22,525 nucleotides of DNA from Zygophlyctis sp. KS116. Taxonomy: Eukaryota > Fungi > Chytridiomycota. The notes beneath the pieces are model-generated. The model saw nothing but the letters and a program-made list of their open reading frames with translations, was not told the origin of the DNA and did not search any database. A program made the translations under genes and the position numbers. Positions 20,801-22,525 of the stretch are shown here, in pieces. Location: the NCBI GenBank assembly GCA_054661495.1, contig BAAFSQ010000163.1, forward strand, positions 1-22,525, given 5' to 3'. How positions within the stretch are numbered: the first letter of the stretch is position 1; the number at the start of each line of letters is the position of its first letter.

Positions 20801-21330
20801 ATAGTATGGATCTGCATTAATAGCATAATTTAAGAAATATTCTGCTCCTTTAAAATCATTTCTTTCGATTAAAACATTTGCTCTTGAAGCAAGAGTCATA
20901 ACATCATATTGATCCAATTGAGTAGCAGCATCCAGTAATTGTGTAGCTTCAGTAAGTAGTTCCTCCCTGTTTCTAGGAGAATCTTGATCTTTATAAGTAA
21001 AGCTCTGCCCTTCACCTAAACCTCGAGCTAATTCGAGCAGATATGTAGCTAGAGAGTTTAGAATGAGTAATTTAAACTTTTCCTGATTTGTAGCCTGATC
21101 AAATACATTTTTTCCTGCTCTTAAAAATTTCTCAAATTCCATATTCATCCCTTTTTTCCTATATTCCATCTATTGTTAAATTTGAGAATTACAGCAAATT
21201 GGACAAAATATTTCAGTGGGACTTTTTCTTCCAAGAGAATATTTAATATGGTTTCATCATACCCTTCGAGATCATTCAAATCAATCTCTACAACCTCTTC
21301 ATTTCCCACGGGAATTTCAATCGACGGCAT
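17897..21330 (-). CDS. CTR9: PAF1 complex TPR subunit Ctr9 (1063 aa)
   Basis: N-terminal SIEIP...VEIDL..L...ILLEEK, TPR array, DKHDPYAL, PFNLYAAAGIG, and charged tail ending KSIIESDDD. Nine introns: 21170-21192, 20371-20401, 20247-20274, 20048-20075, 19812-19836, 19476-19502, 18996-19023, 18564-18588 and 18323-18349. Spliced length 3192 nt. Confidence 0.92.
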
Positions 21331-21371
21331 TTTTTTTAGCTTTAGGTGCACAAATGCTAGCCAATGTAAAA

Positions 21372-22122
21372 TCAATATATTAAGAAATTACTCCTTTTAA
21401 AAAAACTAGTCGCCAGTTTTCTTCCAGATTCCGAAGGCTGGGAAAAAGCAATCTTGTCTTTTGAGACTTTAGAGTCTTTGAATGCTGCATCTAGTAATTT
21501 TGTAGCTATTCCCTGTCTTCTACTAGACTTTGAGACCCAAATTTTGTAGATTCCTAAATTACAATCAACAGGTTCAGGATTATAATATACGCTTCCGCAT
21601 ATTAATGGTTTAGAATCATTTCTTTCAGATTCTTTAGGAAGAACAATGTGTCCGAATTTAATAGTTTCTGTGAGTAAAACTCCTTCAATTCTAGAATTTA
21701 TCTGATAGAAAAACTTCTAAAATTATTAATAGAAAATATACTTGATATTCTTTACAAGAATCTAAACTTGATCCAAGAGTATCATCAACAATACTTAATA
21801 TTTCTTGAATCTGCAAGTTGAAATTATTTAATTTTACCTTTTTGGTATCGGTAGCTGTTTCTTGGGTGATTTTAATTATTTTAGATTTAGAGTCTTGAGT
21901 TAATATTTTATAGGAATTCTCTGTTAAATTACAGGCTGTTCTATTCTTGAAGTTTGCATGATGTTTTTTGTGCAATTTGATGTCCGATTCACTAAAAGAA
22001 TAAGTCATGAGACATTCCGGACATGTTTTAGAAGTTGGTCCAATACATGATTGTCTCTTTTTAACTATTTTGGAGTTTTTGGAATTCCCTTGTAAGAGTT
22101 TGGCAAGACCTGGTCGGGTCAT
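21372..22122 (-). CDS. ECO1: Cohesin acetyltransferase Eco1/ESCO (232 aa)
   Basis: Zinc finger CPECLMTY...DIKLHKKHH and acetyltransferase motifs GIYKIWVSKSSRRQGIATKLLD and IAFSQPSESG. Intron 21717-21741 and probable intron 21811-21837. Confidence 0.93.
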
Positions 22123-22220
22123 TTTAATGAATATTCAAACTCACCTAATTCATATAAAACTCAAAGAATTTTTTAATCAATCAGTTAACAAAACAAACAG
22201 CCAAATTTAGGATGGTTGAT

Positions 22221-22525
22221 CTATTTCTTTCCTTTCCCACCTTTTCCTTTCCCACCTTTTCCTTTCCCGGATTTCTTCCAACATTTAAATTTACGCACAT
22301 TTGGAACTGGGTAGTACGGCTTTGTACCTCCCCCGATGGCCAACATTTTTCCATACACGTTTGCAAACACCTGATCGAAAGTAGATTCTGGCTGGGTTGA
22401 AAAGTAACGCATGAAAGCTTCGATTGAAGATGCAGTTGGATCACGAACTTGTCCACTTGGAACTGTACTAGGATAGAATACCATTTCAGCTGGAGTTCTT
22501 ATATGTCCTTTTGTGGATTCTGGAT
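22221..22525 (-). CDS. 3' end of a probable heme peroxidase (plant/fungal superfamily) with a Gly/Lys tail
   Basis: FDQVFANVYGKMLAIG resembles the final helix (F..F..A..KM...G) of class I/II heme peroxidases. The ORF is open to the window edge. Confidence 0.45.
   Translation of the reverse strand, partial: PESTKGHIRTPAEMVFYPSTVPSGQVRDPTASSIEAFMRYFSTQPESTFDQVFANVYGKMLAIGGGTKPYYPVPNVRKFKCWKKSGKGKGGKGKGGKGKK

Noticed and set aside
5300-21400. Fragmented ORFs suggesting an alternative genetic code or mass pseudogenisation
   Set aside because: Nearly all breaks resolve with canonical 23-31 nt GT-AG introns under the standard code.

Overview
AT-rich, very compact eukaryotic DNA, most likely an early-diverging fungus such as a chytrid. 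That assignment is inferred from the gene set and intron size and is not proven. I reconstruct about 17 genes or gene fragments by joining ORFs across 39 miniature GT-AG introns of 23-31 nt. The core genes are an unspecific peroxygenase, taxilin, a BSD-domain protein, TEL2, a Rad60/Esc2-like SUMO-domain protein, phosphatidylserine synthase, BMT5, two tandem anoctamins, ANP32, CTR9, ECO1 and a partial probable heme peroxidase. Many neighbours abut or overlap. Main highlights: (1) both anoctamins have lost nearly all canonical Ca2+-binding acidic residues and share histidines there, and one has a frameshift that no intron explains; (2) a ~1.9 kb block bounded by a 39-bp direct repeat holds a secreted Cys-rich protein, a truncated PLAC8 gene and fossil Polinton-like DNA polymerase B and integrase fragments that the ORF track does not show; (3) 3' splice-site choice appears length-constrained; (4) coding overlaps run across TEL2, the BSD gene and taxilin; (5) there is a frameshifted coiled-coil plus PD-(D/E)xK nuclease-like gene. 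All gene models come from manual reading and need RNA-seq confirmation.
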